Of a stretch of DNA of 64,000 bases, positions 12,054 to 25,600 are shown in pieces. The number at the start of each line of letters is the position of its first letter. Positions within the stretch are counted from its first letter, which is position 1. This stretch comes from Lepidodermella squamata (taxonomy: Eukaryota > Animalia > Gastrotricha): positions 3,720,001 to 3,784,000 of the forward strand of contig JBLDXI010000029.1 in the NCBI GenBank assembly GCA_047495785.1, in the 5' to 3' direction. The notes beneath the pieces were generated by a model. The model ran no database searches. It was not told the DNA's origin and saw only the letters and a list, made by a program, of their open reading frames with translations. A program made the position numbers and the translations under genes.

Positions 12054-15000
12054 TTAATCGTCTTTGGCTATAAGCTCCAGCCTATGCTTTAATTCAGCAA
12101 AAGTCGGCCTTTCGTCAATATTCGAAGCCCAGCATGGCACCATCACCATTTCATACCTAGCAAAGTGACAGTAGCTTTTACGGATATAGCCAAGTGATGG
12201 CTTACACATTTTCAGGGCAAATTGGAGGGCGATCGAGCCGACAACCATCCATGACTCTCATCGCCACGTCAGCGTTTGACAACTCCTTATAAGGAATGTA
12301 CTGGCAGTCTGGAAAAAGCAAAATTAGATTGATTGATTTAGGAAGACGCTTACAATGAGCCTATTAACTTACATGTGAACATTTCCCACATGACCACTCC
12401 AAAAGACCACACGTCGCTTTTCCTGAGGAAAACATGAAGCCGGATGGATTCAGGCGGGTGCCATCGAACAGGAATAATCCGATTTGAAGAGCACCGGTAG
12501 TACAGCTCGTTTTCGTCAATAGTCCTCGACATTCCAAAGTCAGAGATTTTCAAAACCTCCCCCGATGAGACAAGCACGTTGCGACATGCCAGATCTCGGT
12601 GCAGACAGTTTCGTTCTGATAAATAAGCCATGCCGCTGCAAATCTGTTGACAGTACCCGAACAACTCTTCGATATTCTTAGGATAGACACTTTTTCGGAG
12701 GAAAGAATGCAAATCACCTCTTTCCATGAATGGCGTGATTATTCCGACTTCTTCGCCGTAGAAAGCGACCCCGTACAACTCGAGGACGTTCTCGTGAATG
12801 AAATCTCTCATTAACAAGGCCTCCTTAAAAAATTGGGTCAATTCGCGTTCCGAAGATGGCATTACAATCTTGAACCCGACCAGCTCATCATTTGTCCCGT
12901 TTTCAGACGTAAGCACAGCTCGATAGACGCATCCGAACTGACCATGGCCGCATTGTTCCAACAACTTGAGGTTGGTAGATTTCACAATCACGCTTTCGAT
13001 TTCTGTCAGCAAATCGCCGGAGCATTGGTACATGAGTTTGTTAAGATCTTTTGTTTTCCCAGAGTCCTCTGAACTTTTCCCGCTATCTTTTTTTGCTTTT
13101 CTGTACTTTCGTATAAGGTATAATGAAGCAGCTATAGCTAGCACGGTTAAGGCGATGAGTCCTCCAATAATGCCGTAAATATAATCTGAAGAGAAGAAAT
13201 ACTTTGCAAGTGATTAAATAGTTAACGAATTTTACCTGGAAGATTCTGACTTTCTGCCTTATCTGGTTGTACGCTGGTAGTTTCCAGGTACTCAGGGATA
13301 TTTTGAGCAGTTGTTGTATTAACTGTAGTATTTGCAGTAGTTGCTGTTGTTTCAGGCTTGATAATGGCGGATCTTTCATTAGAAAAACACGCTTCAGATT
13401 GAAGATCCCATTCATGAGGATAGTCTATACAAGCCATGGCCTTTTTGAGCCATTTCATTCGAGGGAGGAGGCTCACAAACCGGGCCGGCTCGTCAGATAG
13501 GCAGCTACTGGTTTGGTAGCTATGTGAGAAAATGCCGATCGGAACCACTGTTTCGCCGGTTTTCTTAACTGCATCCGCAGCACTCTTCACGAAGAGTATG
13601 GAACCATCAGCCATGTCGCATTTCGGATATTTCGAAGTCGGGTTGAAGCAAAACGTTTTGTTACCGCAGACGGATATGGTACCAGTAACGTAATAGGTGT
13701 AGATATTCGTACTCGTGGAATTGTACGCCGTCCTGCGGTCAAGCATGGCATACGCTGGTAGACCCCACAATATCATCTGAAAATAATAGATCAGATGATT
13801 TAATCAGAGAAAAATTGCCCCAGATAGCATATATATAGGCTGTTAAAACTTGATCGTTCTCATTCTCAAAGTATCGCTGATTGAATTAGTGTAAGAATTG
13901 TGAAGGTTTGCCAGTTGTAAAAGCTAAATTGCATTTTCATTTCCAGATAATATCAAAAATGGGGTTTTTGAGAATGAATGATTAGAATCTTGTTTCTTTT
14001 TTATCATTACTTAGGGCAAAATGACAATTCCGGCGAAACTTGATGTCTTCGCTTGATGGCTCCGATTCTACAACGCCAAACTTTGAAATAATTCGATTTG
14101 AAAGAAACCAAACTGCCTGATAACTTTCAACATCCGGAGCATACATGACGGTTAAGCTTAGAAACTATCGATTCTCTAATATATGTTAGAGCACCGAGAT
14201 TTGATTCTAATAGTGAAAACGCGTAATTTGAAAAAACCCGCGATAACTCTCTGCTCTTAAAACTTCTTAAAACTTTCACCTGGATCTCACTGAGATGTGA
14301 ATTATGCATATCTTTTAGCGGAACCAAAGATGCTGCAGCGGAACCAAATTTGCATTTTGCGGAACCACTGTTGAAAGATGCCAATCATTTTTGAATAATT
14401 CTACCAGTTTAAAGCGAAGCATGTGTTCTGAATTGAACACTCTGTCTTATAGAGATTCTTACGCTGAATTCATGAGCTAATGATTTTTTCCGAATTATCG
14501 AGGTCAATCTTGACCTGCAAGAAATATCCGAAAAGTGATTTCGTGCCACTAGAAAATTCCAAAATTTGGTTCCGCTACGGCAAATTAGGTTCCGCTCACC
14601 GTAAATTTTGCTCAGGTAAAAGGAAATCAATTTTTGAAATCAACCGTCCCGGCACGCCCCGGCGCGGATAGTTATCGTGAAAATTAAGAGAAAAAATGAC
14701 CTTTTTTCAATGCATTGGTCTAGCCACATGTTGCTTTAAATGAAGCTGAGATTTGTTTCACATCTCAACCTTTATCTATGATCAGGAATTTCGGGTTAAT
14801 ACTCACCCTCAGCTAACAGTTGCGTATAAAACACACTGTAATATGTAGCAAACATCTTCGAAAACAGAGAACTTATGCTTTGGACGATGAGGCCGGGTCT
14901 TAATTGTCTTAGCTTTTTGAAACCACTGGCACCTGAAAACTTAAATTTACCTGGCTATCGGATAATAAATTGACAGGGTGTTCGGCAGATGATGTGAATA

Positions 15001-17136
15001 TCTGCTCACGAGTTCGAAGTACAGTAACGACGCCGTCTGTTAAGGCCTTTGTTACGGTTAGATTCCGAGCATTAAAGTTGATGATGGTGTCATTTCCTTC
15101 TGGGGCACATTCCCGCAGGGTAACCAACATGTAAAAATCGACAAAGGTCGCTAGGCATGGTTTGTCAAGTGCCGCGTGTGCAATGCGCCTTTCAAAATAG
15201 AACTGGACAGCGGTAAGTCTTGGCCCATTAGTTGCAAGAGATGACAACCTATTCTCACACTGTGAAGGAATTGATGATCGGTGAAGGTAGCAGCATGCCA
15301 TTTGCAGCTGTGCCAAGTCACTCGAGGATAAAACCGACCGATAAGCAGCTATGCAGGAGTAGATATCTAGCTGAATGGCCCGGCCATCCAAACCTTTGCT
15401 GCCGAATTCGATATTCGTAAAATTTTTGTTCGATGCAAATATCGACGATTCATTAAATTGGTAGTAGACGCCATGTCGGTTGTGAATCGAAAAGCGACCT
15501 TCTTTTGTTATCATGAACACAATGAAAGACCACTGCTGAACTGGCAGGAAACCGGGTAGGTAAATTTGCCATTTATCTTCGACAGTCACCTCTAAACTGC
15601 CGTTATATTGCTGCCGATAACTAGCGACTAGATTTGGTGCTGAGATGCTCATAATGACCTTTTCCTCGCCAGTCGGTTTGAAGTAAAATGCTATTGTGAA
15701 TTCGGTTAGATTTGAGAACTTTCCATGGATATCGTGAATTCTGAGCAAAAAATTAGATCCTCCATGCGCCGATAATGGGTTATTGAAAGGACCATCATGC
15801 CATATCAGAGTCGCTATCTTACGCAAATCATAGACCATGAACCATGGGCCTAAATCGCGAAAATCGTATTCCCAAGCTACTGGGATGATCATCAATATCG
15901 CAAATGGTCTCGGCCACGGAACAGCTTGAAAAATTCGACAATATAAAATGATGAAAACTAGCTTTTACAACATACCATGGTTTATCGAAGTGATGGTCAA
16001 ATGATGTGGACGGGTGGCTCTATTGATTGTTTCAAGTAGTAAATCCTCTTCGGCCCACATACTTATGCGCTCTAGAATCGCAGCATGGAATCTGCCTGTA
16101 CCATCCTCCCTGAAAGAATCTCTCACTTCTAATGCAGATTTAGGAAGAAAATCTTACGAAGTGTTCACACTGACGACTCTCAATCCAGAATTTCGAAGTA
16201 GACTGCTTATCTGAAGACAACAATATCCATGTATCTACTAAAATAGTCTGATAAGTACTTCATCGCTCGCTGCTGAAGTTGAATCGGAATTGCCATAAAT
16301 ACCGACTGGTAACAAGGTAGATGATGTAATAAGACAAATTCTTCTAAACCTCGGGACTCACTCATCTGCCCAGCCGCATATATTTCGCTGCGATTTTTGG
16401 TGAATGCCACGATTTCTTCCAGCCGCTCGATGCCGAGAGCTTCCTCAAAAATCATGAAGTTAGCGAACATCGCCGTGTCTGAGGCGTCGGGACATATGAC
16501 AAAATCAAACGGTGGTAAAGGAGGTGCCAGAAAGATCTTTTTCGTGAAGTTTGTTTCAGCGAGACTTGGGTCGAAGTTATAACCTGGGGCTTGCGATACA
16601 TGCATAGTGACATTTGTGAAGTTATTTCGAAAAATGATGGCGACAAACGTCCAAGTGGCTAGTGGGATTTCGACCGATGTCATTGATAAAGCCGTCCAAT
16701 CTGGTATATTCCCAACCTTACTTTTGATATGCAGGCGAATTTCCGCCTGATTTCGCGAACCCTTTCGTACAGCTTCTACAACCATGTACCATTCATTTCC
16801 TTCCGTCCTTACTTTGTAAAGTTCAGAATTGGTATTGATTTCAGAATTGAAGAAAAAACAGTGTGTGAAATCCATCGACAGAGGTCGATTGATTCTGTAT
16901 CGAGCCACGGCTTCATATTTGTCATCTATTAGTTGATAGGCCGTGTTGGGATAGCCGAACGGCCCTGGGCGCCAACTAAGCGGTCCGCTCGACCGATAAA
17001 TCAATTTCGCCCCGCGAGGTATCAAGTTTTTCAGGCCATCTCGTGCATCCATCGACACGAAAAGGCTTGCGGTAGAAAGATTCAATGACGCGATGTGAGG
17101 TAGCCAGCTGAACCCGAAAATTGACAAAAAAATCAT
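12054..17136 (-). CDS. RTK type A, copy A1 (~1180 aa): SP-LamG-SEA-like-LamG-pseudo-trypsin-Thr-rich stalk-TM-tyrosine kinase. Exons 17136-16362, 16305-16259, 16210-16158, 16109-15976, 15924-14951, 13776-13236, 13185-12373, 12308-12206, 12156-12054
   Basis: Nine phase-consistent exons give an open 3543-nt CDS. TM is YIYGIIGGLIALTVLAIAASLYLI. Kinase motifs: GHGQFGCV, VGFK, HRDLACRN, DFG, YY, SDVWSFG, RPTF. Exon structure matches A2. Confidence 0.88.
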
Positions 17137-17225
17137 CGTCTAAAACTGTCTAAAAATAAAACTTTCCCTAGAACAGAATTTTTATTAACAAAACCAGATG
17201 GCTTGCTTTTAATCGAATTTCTTTA

Positions 17226-17325
17226 TTAAACAGCTGTCATCTGTTCAATTCGAGTTAATAAATCACTGAAATTAGGTCTGGCCTCAGGGTCATGCGACCA
17301 ACACAGTTCGACAACATCTGCGAAT
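17226..17325 (-). pseudogene. Orphan last exon of a third type-B RTK copy (B')
   Basis: Translates FADVVELCWSHDPEARPNFSDLLTRIEQMTAV*, paralogous to the last exons of B1 (22777-22675) and B2. The upstream B exons are absent. Confidence 0.85.
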
Positions 17326-17823
17326 CTGAATAATAAGCAATGTTTTATTCCCAAAAATTAAAGTTAAGCACCGGCCACGGGTGGGCTTATGGCGCATCAG
17401 ATATATATAACTCGTACGTACGTGTTTTCTGCATACAGGATAGGATAATATTATAATGAATCTGATTATTATAATGATTCTGATTATTTTACTAATTCTG
17501 ATTATTTTACTAATTAATTGTTGGTAGGGTATGTGTGAATGTTTAACGTTTTTAAGGGGCGTCATTCCCTTCTGGGGCACACTCCTGTAGAGTTAGCAAC
17601 ATGTAAAAATCGACAATGATCGCTAGGCATGGTTTGTCGAGTGCCGCGTGCGAAATGCGCCTAACGAACTTGAACCCGAGTGCGGTCGGTTTTGGCCCAT
17701 TAGTTGCAAGCTCTGACACGCTATTCGCACAAAATGCAGGAGTTGCAGATTTGTGAAGGTGGCAGCAGGCCGTTTGCAATTCAGCCAACTCGCTCGAGGA
17801 TAAAACTGACCGATAAGCAGCTA

Positions 17824-18683
17824 CACCTTTTTTCCTTTGCAATTTCATTATTTTTATTAAAGAAACACGCGTTTATTTTTTCATGATTATCAGCGTATTC
17901 ATTTTATTCATTTTCTTACTTTTTTCTTCCTAAGGATTTACTCGATCTTCGAAGGTTCGCTGTATGCGAATACGAAACCCAAATGGGATGAATTATATAT
18001 CAAATTGAAGCTAGAGATCTGATCTATCTAGCTGTCAAATTAGAATACTGGATGCCATTTTGCTCTTGAATGTATTCAACGTTTTTGCCGACTGGTTGAT
18101 CGGAAAGTTTCTTCTGATTTTACTTACAATGATGTTTATTTTTCAACAGATAACTACTAAGGAACTATTCTATTACTTAGTCTTCGCTAATTTCATCATT
18201 TCATGATGAAACCAAAGCAATATTTGTGAAAACTACCTCAGCACCCGCGTAAGCTATTGCCCAAAATGCTACTAAAGCCAAATTTTTTGAGGTTCTATCG
18301 CTTCTACTCGAGATATCACCTTCGCCTGATTGTTCTAATCATTTTTGGGGAGGAGGGAGGGGCCTTTTACCTATAAAATATAAAAACTACCCAAGGAAAA
18401 CATCTTTGTAGTTCATTCTACTTACTGCTTAGTTTCTGCGAAACAAATAATGATTTTGCCGATCTGATCGCATATTTGAAAAGATTATATATCTAGCTTC
18501 AATTTGATATATAATTCATCCCATTCGGGTTCCGTATTCGCATACAGCGAACCTTTGAAGATCGAGTAAATTCTTAGGTAGAAAAAAGTAAGAAAATGAA
18601 TAAAATGAATACGCTGATGATCATGAAAAAATAAACGCGTTTTTCTTTAATAAAAATAATGAAATTGCAAAGGAAAAAAGGTG
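17824..18683. mobile_element. Non-autonomous long-TIR DNA transposon (TA target, Tc1/mariner-like) inserted in a psi-A' exon
   Basis: ~190-bp TIRs (17824-18015 and 18492-18683). TA is duplicated at 17822-17823 and 18684-18685. The empty site GCAGC-TA-TGCAGG is visible in paralog A1 (~15345-15357). Confidence 0.93.
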
Positions 18684-19600
18684 TATGCAGGCGTAGAAAT
18701 CTAGCGACATCGCCCTGCCATCCAAGCCTTTGCTGCCGAATTCGATATTCGTAAAATTTTTGTTCGATGCCAATATCGACGATTCATTAAATTGGTAGTA
18801 GATGCCATGTCGGTTGTGAATCGAAAAACGACCTTCTTTTGTCATCATGAACACGACGAAAGACCACTGCTGAAGTGGCAGGAAACCGGGTAGGAAAATT
18901 TGCCATTGACTAGCGACGAGCTTTGATGCTGAGATGCTCATAATGACCTTTTCCTCGCCTGTCGGTTTGAAGTAGAAAGATATGGTTATTTCGATCAGAT
19001 TCGGGAATTTTCGATCAATATTTGCGACTCTTAGTACATGGTTAAATCCTCCAAGCGCTGATCGTAAGTCATTGAAAGGACCGACGTGCCAAATATCAGC
19101 CGTAATCCTTTGTTTATCACAGGCTAGGAACCATGGGCTCATGTCACGAAAACCGTATTCCCAAGCTACTGGGATGATCATCAATATCGCAAATGGTCTC
19201 GGCCACGGAACAGCTTAGAAAATTCTACAATATAAGATGAGAAACGACTTCATAAACCTACCATGACTTATCGAAGTGATAGTCAAGTTATGTTGTCTGG
19301 TGGCTCTATTGATCGTTTCGAGTAGCATATTCTCCCCAGTCCACATATTGCTGTTTATCCTTTAAATGCCCCAATTGCTTGTGAGGTCTATTTTGATGAA
19401 AGAAATCTTACGAAGCGATCACACTGACGACTTTGAATCCTGAATTTCGAAGAAGACCACTGATCTAAAGACAAACATATTATGTTGATCATAAATAATA
19501 GAATAATGTATTTATATAAAACTGAGAGGTACCTCATCATCGCTTGTGGCTGAAGTAGAAGTTTCCTGTAATCTCAACTGGTAACAATGTGGATGGATTA

Positions 19601-21337
19601 CAGTGCTCCCTCGATAAAAGCACTGGGTCGGGAGCCAGACCCGGTCTTTTAACAAGGGAAAGCTATAACGAGGGCTGTAATTGAATGCAGGAGCTAAAAA
19701 TAGACCGTTTCTACGCCTTAAGACAGTTGCCATGCCAACGCGCAGAAAGAGACGGACACGGATTACGTGTCATTACAAATTTCGCTCGCTAAAGGCTGTT
19801 AAACAATGACACTATGAATCATTAGTTCTTCAAGTTTTTATTCTTATTTGCCAGGGCGGCTTTGATTTAACTGGTTGGCCTTGTTTTTTTACTCTAATTT
19901 TAAGTCCTGCCTGGGGTTAACGAATAAAAAAAACCTGGAATCTCATTATTTCAATTTACTTCAAAAATGCCAAGCTCGTCCGATTTCGCAAACAAATTTC
20001 ATTTGAAATCACAGCTCATTTGACAAAATCAATCACCTTGGTCAAGATTGACCAGAATACTTCTGAATCACCAGCAAATTCAGCCAAACATGCTCAAGAT
20101 AATGCTGTGTTCAATTCATAACTCATGCTTAATTCGTAGAATTATTTAAAAAACAATCTGAAATTTGAAACAATTAGGATGAAAAATGTATTTTCGACAA
20201 TTTTTTCGCGGTTAACCTGACTTTTTCTTTTTTAAATTCATCGAATTAATGGCATTGAGCAATCACGGACCGATTTCACGGCATAAGACGTGTGGTTCCG
20301 TCAAGAGGGCGTTTAGATTGAATGGAATACATTTGCATCTTCTCAGGCGTGATTTCGTTTTCATTCGACTGGCCTATTAAGATCCGAGCAAGGTAAAAAT
20401 CGGGCAGAAGCTCCCGCCGCCCCTCCTCGGGATGTTGCGATTTTCAAAGTCAAAATCCAATGATTAAAAGTTGTAAAAAAAACCGTAAAATTGCCAAGGC
20501 GTTGAGCAATGAAATCGTAGAGTAGTGGCAGCCAGTTAGATCAGGCCTATCGACTATCGAAAATCGGCTAATAATCCAATAACTTAGGACAACTGGAACG
20601 AATGAAAACGATCTAATTTTATGAGAATAAATCCATGTATCGAAATTGAAATAAATCGTAAAACCAGGACGCGATTCTTCATGATTACGCAACACAGCCG
20701 GGAACAAAATTGGGGAAACAGTTTCCTTAAAAAAATCACGAATTAAATCCTAATTTGATCATGCTAATAATGCTTGTAAATTGCAAGAGATTTTCTGGCC
20801 GGGAAAAAGCTAAAACTTGAAAAATCAGGGCAATTCAGATGAGTCTTTTAGTTGATCAGCAATTGGCCTGAGGGAAAATCAGCAAATCAAGGAGAGTTAA
20901 GATTGACGGGCATTTTTATAGTTATTGAAATAAATTGCTGATTTTGTCTGATTAATTGGCGTAATTTCTGATAGAAAAGTTTAACAAAAAAGCAGGAAGA
21001 CTCGCAGCGCGACTTGAGTGGCAGCTAATCCCCACACTCTGTTGCGTAATCACAGCCATTTCAAAGCCACAAGAACAGCTTAATGCACTGATGATCTTTC
21101 AACTCGTTTGAACTAAACTTGAAATAACTGGATCTCCCAAAACCACGACAACGCGCCGCTAGGTTTCCAGGAACGCTTTATTATTTTAATTTTTCACGCT
21201 TAATTTTTTTAATCTATCAAAAAATTATTATTTGTTTAAATAAAAATTTACAACTAATTTATTTAGCAGGGTCCAAAATTACGGTATACAAACGAGGGAG
21301 TTCTTTTAAGGAGGGTGCCACTAACGAGGGAGCACTG
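19601..21337. mobile_element. Non-autonomous pogo/Tigger-like (Tc1/mariner superfamily) element in psi-A' intron 1
   Basis: TA|CAGTGCTCCCTCG...CGAGGGAGCACTG|TA, with internal AACGAGGG subrepeats. The paralogous introns are only ~55 nt. Confidence 0.85.
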
Positions 21338-22209
21338 TATCAATTGGTTGTCTCAATAAAATGGAGACTCACTCATCTATGTCCAGCTGCATATATTTCG
21401 CTGCGATTTTTGTTAAAAGCCACGATTTCTTCCAGTTGCTCGAAGCTGAGAGTCTCCTCAAAAATCATGAAGTTGGCGAACATCTTTGTGTCCGATGCGT
21501 GGTTATAGACGATCAAATCAAACGGCGGTAAAGGAGCCGCAAGAAAGAGCTTTTTCGTGAAGTTTGTTTCAGCGAGACTCGGGTCGAGGTCGTAACCTGG
21601 GGCCTGTGATACATGCATAATGACATTTGTGAAGTTATTTCGGAAAATGATTGCGACAAATGTCCAAGTGGCTAACGGAATTTCGACCAAGTCATTGATA
21701 ACGCCGTCCAATCTGGTATATTGCTAACCGAATTTCTGATCCGCAGGCGAGTTTCCACCAATGATCCCGAACTCTTTTGTTCAGCGTCTACAACAATGTA
21801 CCATTGGTTTCCCTACGTTCTTAGACTGTAAAAGAAAAAACAAGTTGTAGAAAAAACAGTGCGTGAAATCTGTCATCTATTGACAGCGGTTTGTCGATTT
21901 CATACAACGCCAGGCCACTAATAACTATACCAACTTGTCCTTGGTAGGACGTGTTGGGATAGCCAAACGGCACTGGGCCCCAACTGAGAGGCCGTCCATA
22001 GCCTTGAACAAATTTAGCTCCGCCAGGTATCAAGTTCTTCAGGCAATCTCGTGCATCCATCGACACAAAAAGGCTTGCGGAAGAAAGATTCAATGACGCG
22101 ATCTGTGGCAGCAAGCTGGTCCCGAGATATAACGAAAAAATCCTTCTTGAAATTTTCCTAAAAATATATTTTTATCGAAACTGCTGCAGTCGATATGGTA
22201 TGAGTTTAA

Positions 22210-22600
22210 CAAGAAAAAAAAACATTTTATTTGATTTTGGTAACGTTTCAGTACCAACTTGTACCACCATCAGACACAAAAGTTACAACTGATTTTTTGC
22301 ATAGCGCAGCCACTTTTTACCGAGGCCGAGAAAATCTCACAATAGAGCCCGTAATTTGAATAAGGGAACGCGAACATATTTTTCGGCGAATATTTTTCAT
22401 TTAGGAAATAAAAAATATTGGCCCAAAAAGTTTGTCCTTTTGTGCGGGCAATTCGTTTGTGCTCTATTGTGCAATTTTCGTGGCTACGGTAAAAAGTGAC
22501 TGCGCTATGTGTGATTATACAGTAATTTTCTTTCTTTTTATTCTAGTCTGAAGTAGGCACCAAAACATTAATAAAAATCAAATATTATTGTCAGCGCAAG
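22210..22600. mobile_element. Foldback/MITE in the gap between B1 and psi-A'
   Basis: Inverted arms CATAGCGCAGCCACTTTTTACCG (22300) and CGGTAAAAAGTGACTGCGCTATG (to 22509), with degenerate outer arms. It is absent from the two paralogous gaps. Confidence 0.75.
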
Positions 22601-22674
22601 CGATCGCTCTATTTTTTGTTGAAACTGGATTTTTATTAAGTAGACCAGATAGTTTGCGTCTAATCAAATAATTT

Positions 22675-25600
22675 CTAATAATGAGCTATCAACTGTTCAA
22701 TTTGAGTTAATATATGACTAAAATCGGGTCTGTTCTCAGGGTTATGACACCAACACGGCTCGATAACATCTGTGAATCTAAAAAAAGCTAAATTTACGAT
22801 ATTTTCTTAGATTATTAACGGAGCTCACGTTATTTCAGGGCATTGAATAGGCCGATTCAGGCGGAGGCCGCTGCAAACTTTGACTATGACGTCCGAGTTT
22901 TCCTTCAGGTCGCTGTAGGGTGACTCTTGGCATCCTAAAACATATAATCACAGAGTGTAGAAAAAAATCAGTGAAATCTGTATAATGGCAAATAAATTAT
23001 AAGAGTGTCGACCCAGTAAGATATTTTATAATACCAAAACCAGAACCAAATCCGCTTTTACCAGAAAATATTTCCCACATGACGACTCCAAAAGACCAAA
23101 CATCAGCTGAGGTGGAACATACGTTCCGTTCGAAAGATTCAGGTGGATGCCACCTGACTGGAATAGGTTTACTAGACCCATCGTATATGGATGAGAAATT
23201 GTCTTCTTGCGATGCCAGAATTCTGGCCAGGCCAAAGTCGGAGATTTTAAGTATTTCCTCGTCAGAAACAAGAACATTGCGGCAAGCGAGATCGCGATGA
23301 ACGCAATTCTTCTGAGATAAATACACCATTCCCGAACAGATCTGACGGCTGAAATCCATCAGTTTGAAAACATCGACGTCATCGATCGCTTTGAGATATG
23401 ATGCAAGAGCTCCATTCTTCATGAACGGGACAATTAAATTCGGCTCACCTCGCGACAGTATCGTCCCAGTCAGTTTAAGAACATTTTCATGGTCAAATTT
23501 ACTCATTACCGAAATTTCGTGAACTAGAGCTGTTGCTTCACATCGATCTGTTTTGATAGTTTTGATAGCTACTGATAGTTCCGGCTTGTCAGGCTGTTTC
23601 AGAGTTCCGTGCCAAACTTTGCTGAAGTAGCCCTCACTAATGACCGATCCTTGTTCCAGCCAGGAGTCTTGAAGTTCGAGCGATAGCAGTAAATTGAGAT
23701 CGTTATTATCCAAGTCCATTCGCTGCACCATATCTCGAAAGTCTATTGCATCGATGTATTTCGAACATTTTTGCTGGTGAGGCATCCTTGCAACAACAGC
23801 CTTTCTTCGATGATACAGCCAGACACCCAAAACCGCGAACAAAGTGGCGACACAAAGCGCCACAGCTAACAGAATTATCGCCAAATCTGATATTCCATCT
23901 GAAAATACGAAAAATTTGTTACAACGTTACAATTTGACAATAAGACTGGTTTTAGAGGTAAAAAGACCGATTTGGCGGAAAGAAACCGCATTTTGATGGC
24001 AATTTCTGAATATTCGTATTTGGTGGCGGAAGCCCAGAAATCATTAATTTCTCCCTGAAAAAGCTTTAGATCTGGAGGCTGGGATGATACCTGAATCAAC
24101 CGAAACTTCAAATCTCGTTTGGTTGGAAAGATACGTCTCTGTTGAAGTCAATCCAACGGTCGCTTTGCCATAATCTGGAGTGTATACCAATCTCTTAACG
24201 CATGAATCCCATTGTAGAAGCGCTTTAGCCGGCAAACAAGCTCGTTGGTCCAGGATCCAATCGGAATACGCCAGTAAATTCACAAATAGTATAACGTTCG
24301 CCGTAGCCCGCCTCTTGTTTTTCCTTGAGTAAACTCCAATCTTGAGAATTGAAATCGTAAAACCGTTGGCCACTCTCTAGCGACTTTTTACCTGGATTAA
24401 TCTGGGCCCTATAAGGCTTGCAGGGTTGAAAGGCTCGAAAAGAACCAGTGCTGCACCTTCAACTAAATTCATTTCTCTGACATCGCTTTCAGAATTGGCG
24501 ACAAAACATAGTAGAGAATGATCTCGCCATCCAAGAGCTAAATTGCAAGCCTCTGATGTCATTAGTCGACCTAAAATGTAATAATACGTCTTGCCACTCC
24601 TGAAGCCATACACTAATGCTGTGCCATTCCAATCTACAACTTGGTGGTAGCCACTGATCAATATTTGAACAGCGAATTTTAGCGAATTCACCGAAGTGTT
24701 CTGGGGCCAAAACGCTATGCCTAAATCCTCGTTTTCAACATGTTGCGTGGAAATGAGAGATTGGACACATTGCGCTGTTGACATGACGACAAATCGGCTG
24801 ATTCTTGAAGTTAAACAATCTCTCCCAATTTGGTCTATAAAAGAGTGGGCAATGTCGAATGCCCCGAGGTCTTTATCAGTTGTGACTGACGGAATGTCTC
24901 GGAAATTGTTTTTACTGCCCGTCGCATCGTGGAAATAACGGCATGCGTCTTGAACTTGAACGAGTTCTTCGAAACTCAACGGAGCTGCGTAAAGTCCACA
25001 GCAAGAAATAAAACCGGTGGTACCTATGGCATCTGTTCCGATTCGTAGGCCTTCAATAGCTTCTCCGAGAGTAAAATCTGAGTCTCCCGTGATTTCCATG
25101 GCCATACTATCTTCGAGGAACACAGAAAGCTTCGCACCCTGGAAAATCAATGCTATGAACTGCCAAGTGTTGGGAACTATCAGCCCGGCTAAGATCAACG
25201 GGGAGGATCTGTTGTTGAAGTCTATCATGAGATCGCCTTTCGCTGCTATAATACTGACGTTGCAAGGGCTAAATTGCAGGATTTGCTGCGTTGTTAGATC
25301 TATGAACAAGTAGAAGAACACTGTGATAGAATTTGCTTCGAACATGTTCGGAAAATCGATAAAAATTTGATGCGAGAGTGGAGTGCTTGTTTGCAGGTCG
25401 TAGAAAGGTCCAGTTTCAAAGCTATGATAAGGAATTCGTTTGCGATTGATCGCCGGCCCGTGAAGTCTGTTCGGTCCGACATCGGACCACTCACGATTCT
25501 CATTCAACGGCCAGAGACCAATGAGCGCAAACGTCCTCGGCCAAACAACTCCTTAAAATGATATCAAGTATCAACAAATAGTTTCTCAACTGCGTTCACC

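Larger units (their letters stand above)
17558..22144 (-). pseudogene. RTK type A pseudogene (psi-A'), truncated within the pseudo-trypsin domain
   Basis: Clear paralogy to A1/A2. Lesions: ATG changed to AGG at 22142-22144, frameshifts in exon 1, in-frame loss of YRQQYNGSLEVTVEDK, an 860-bp transposon in exon 5. Homology ends ~17558 after ECAPEGND. Confidence 0.9.

Noticed and set aside
12373-13185. Naming the kinases Met/Ron orthologs
   Set aside because: Kinase motifs are Met-like, but there is no Sema/PSI/IPT ectodomain or docking tail; orthology needs a phylogeny, so no gene symbol is given.
20990-21180. Cys-rich minus-strand snippet inside the pogo-like element as a transposase remnant
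   Set aside because: Too short and frame-broken to assign.
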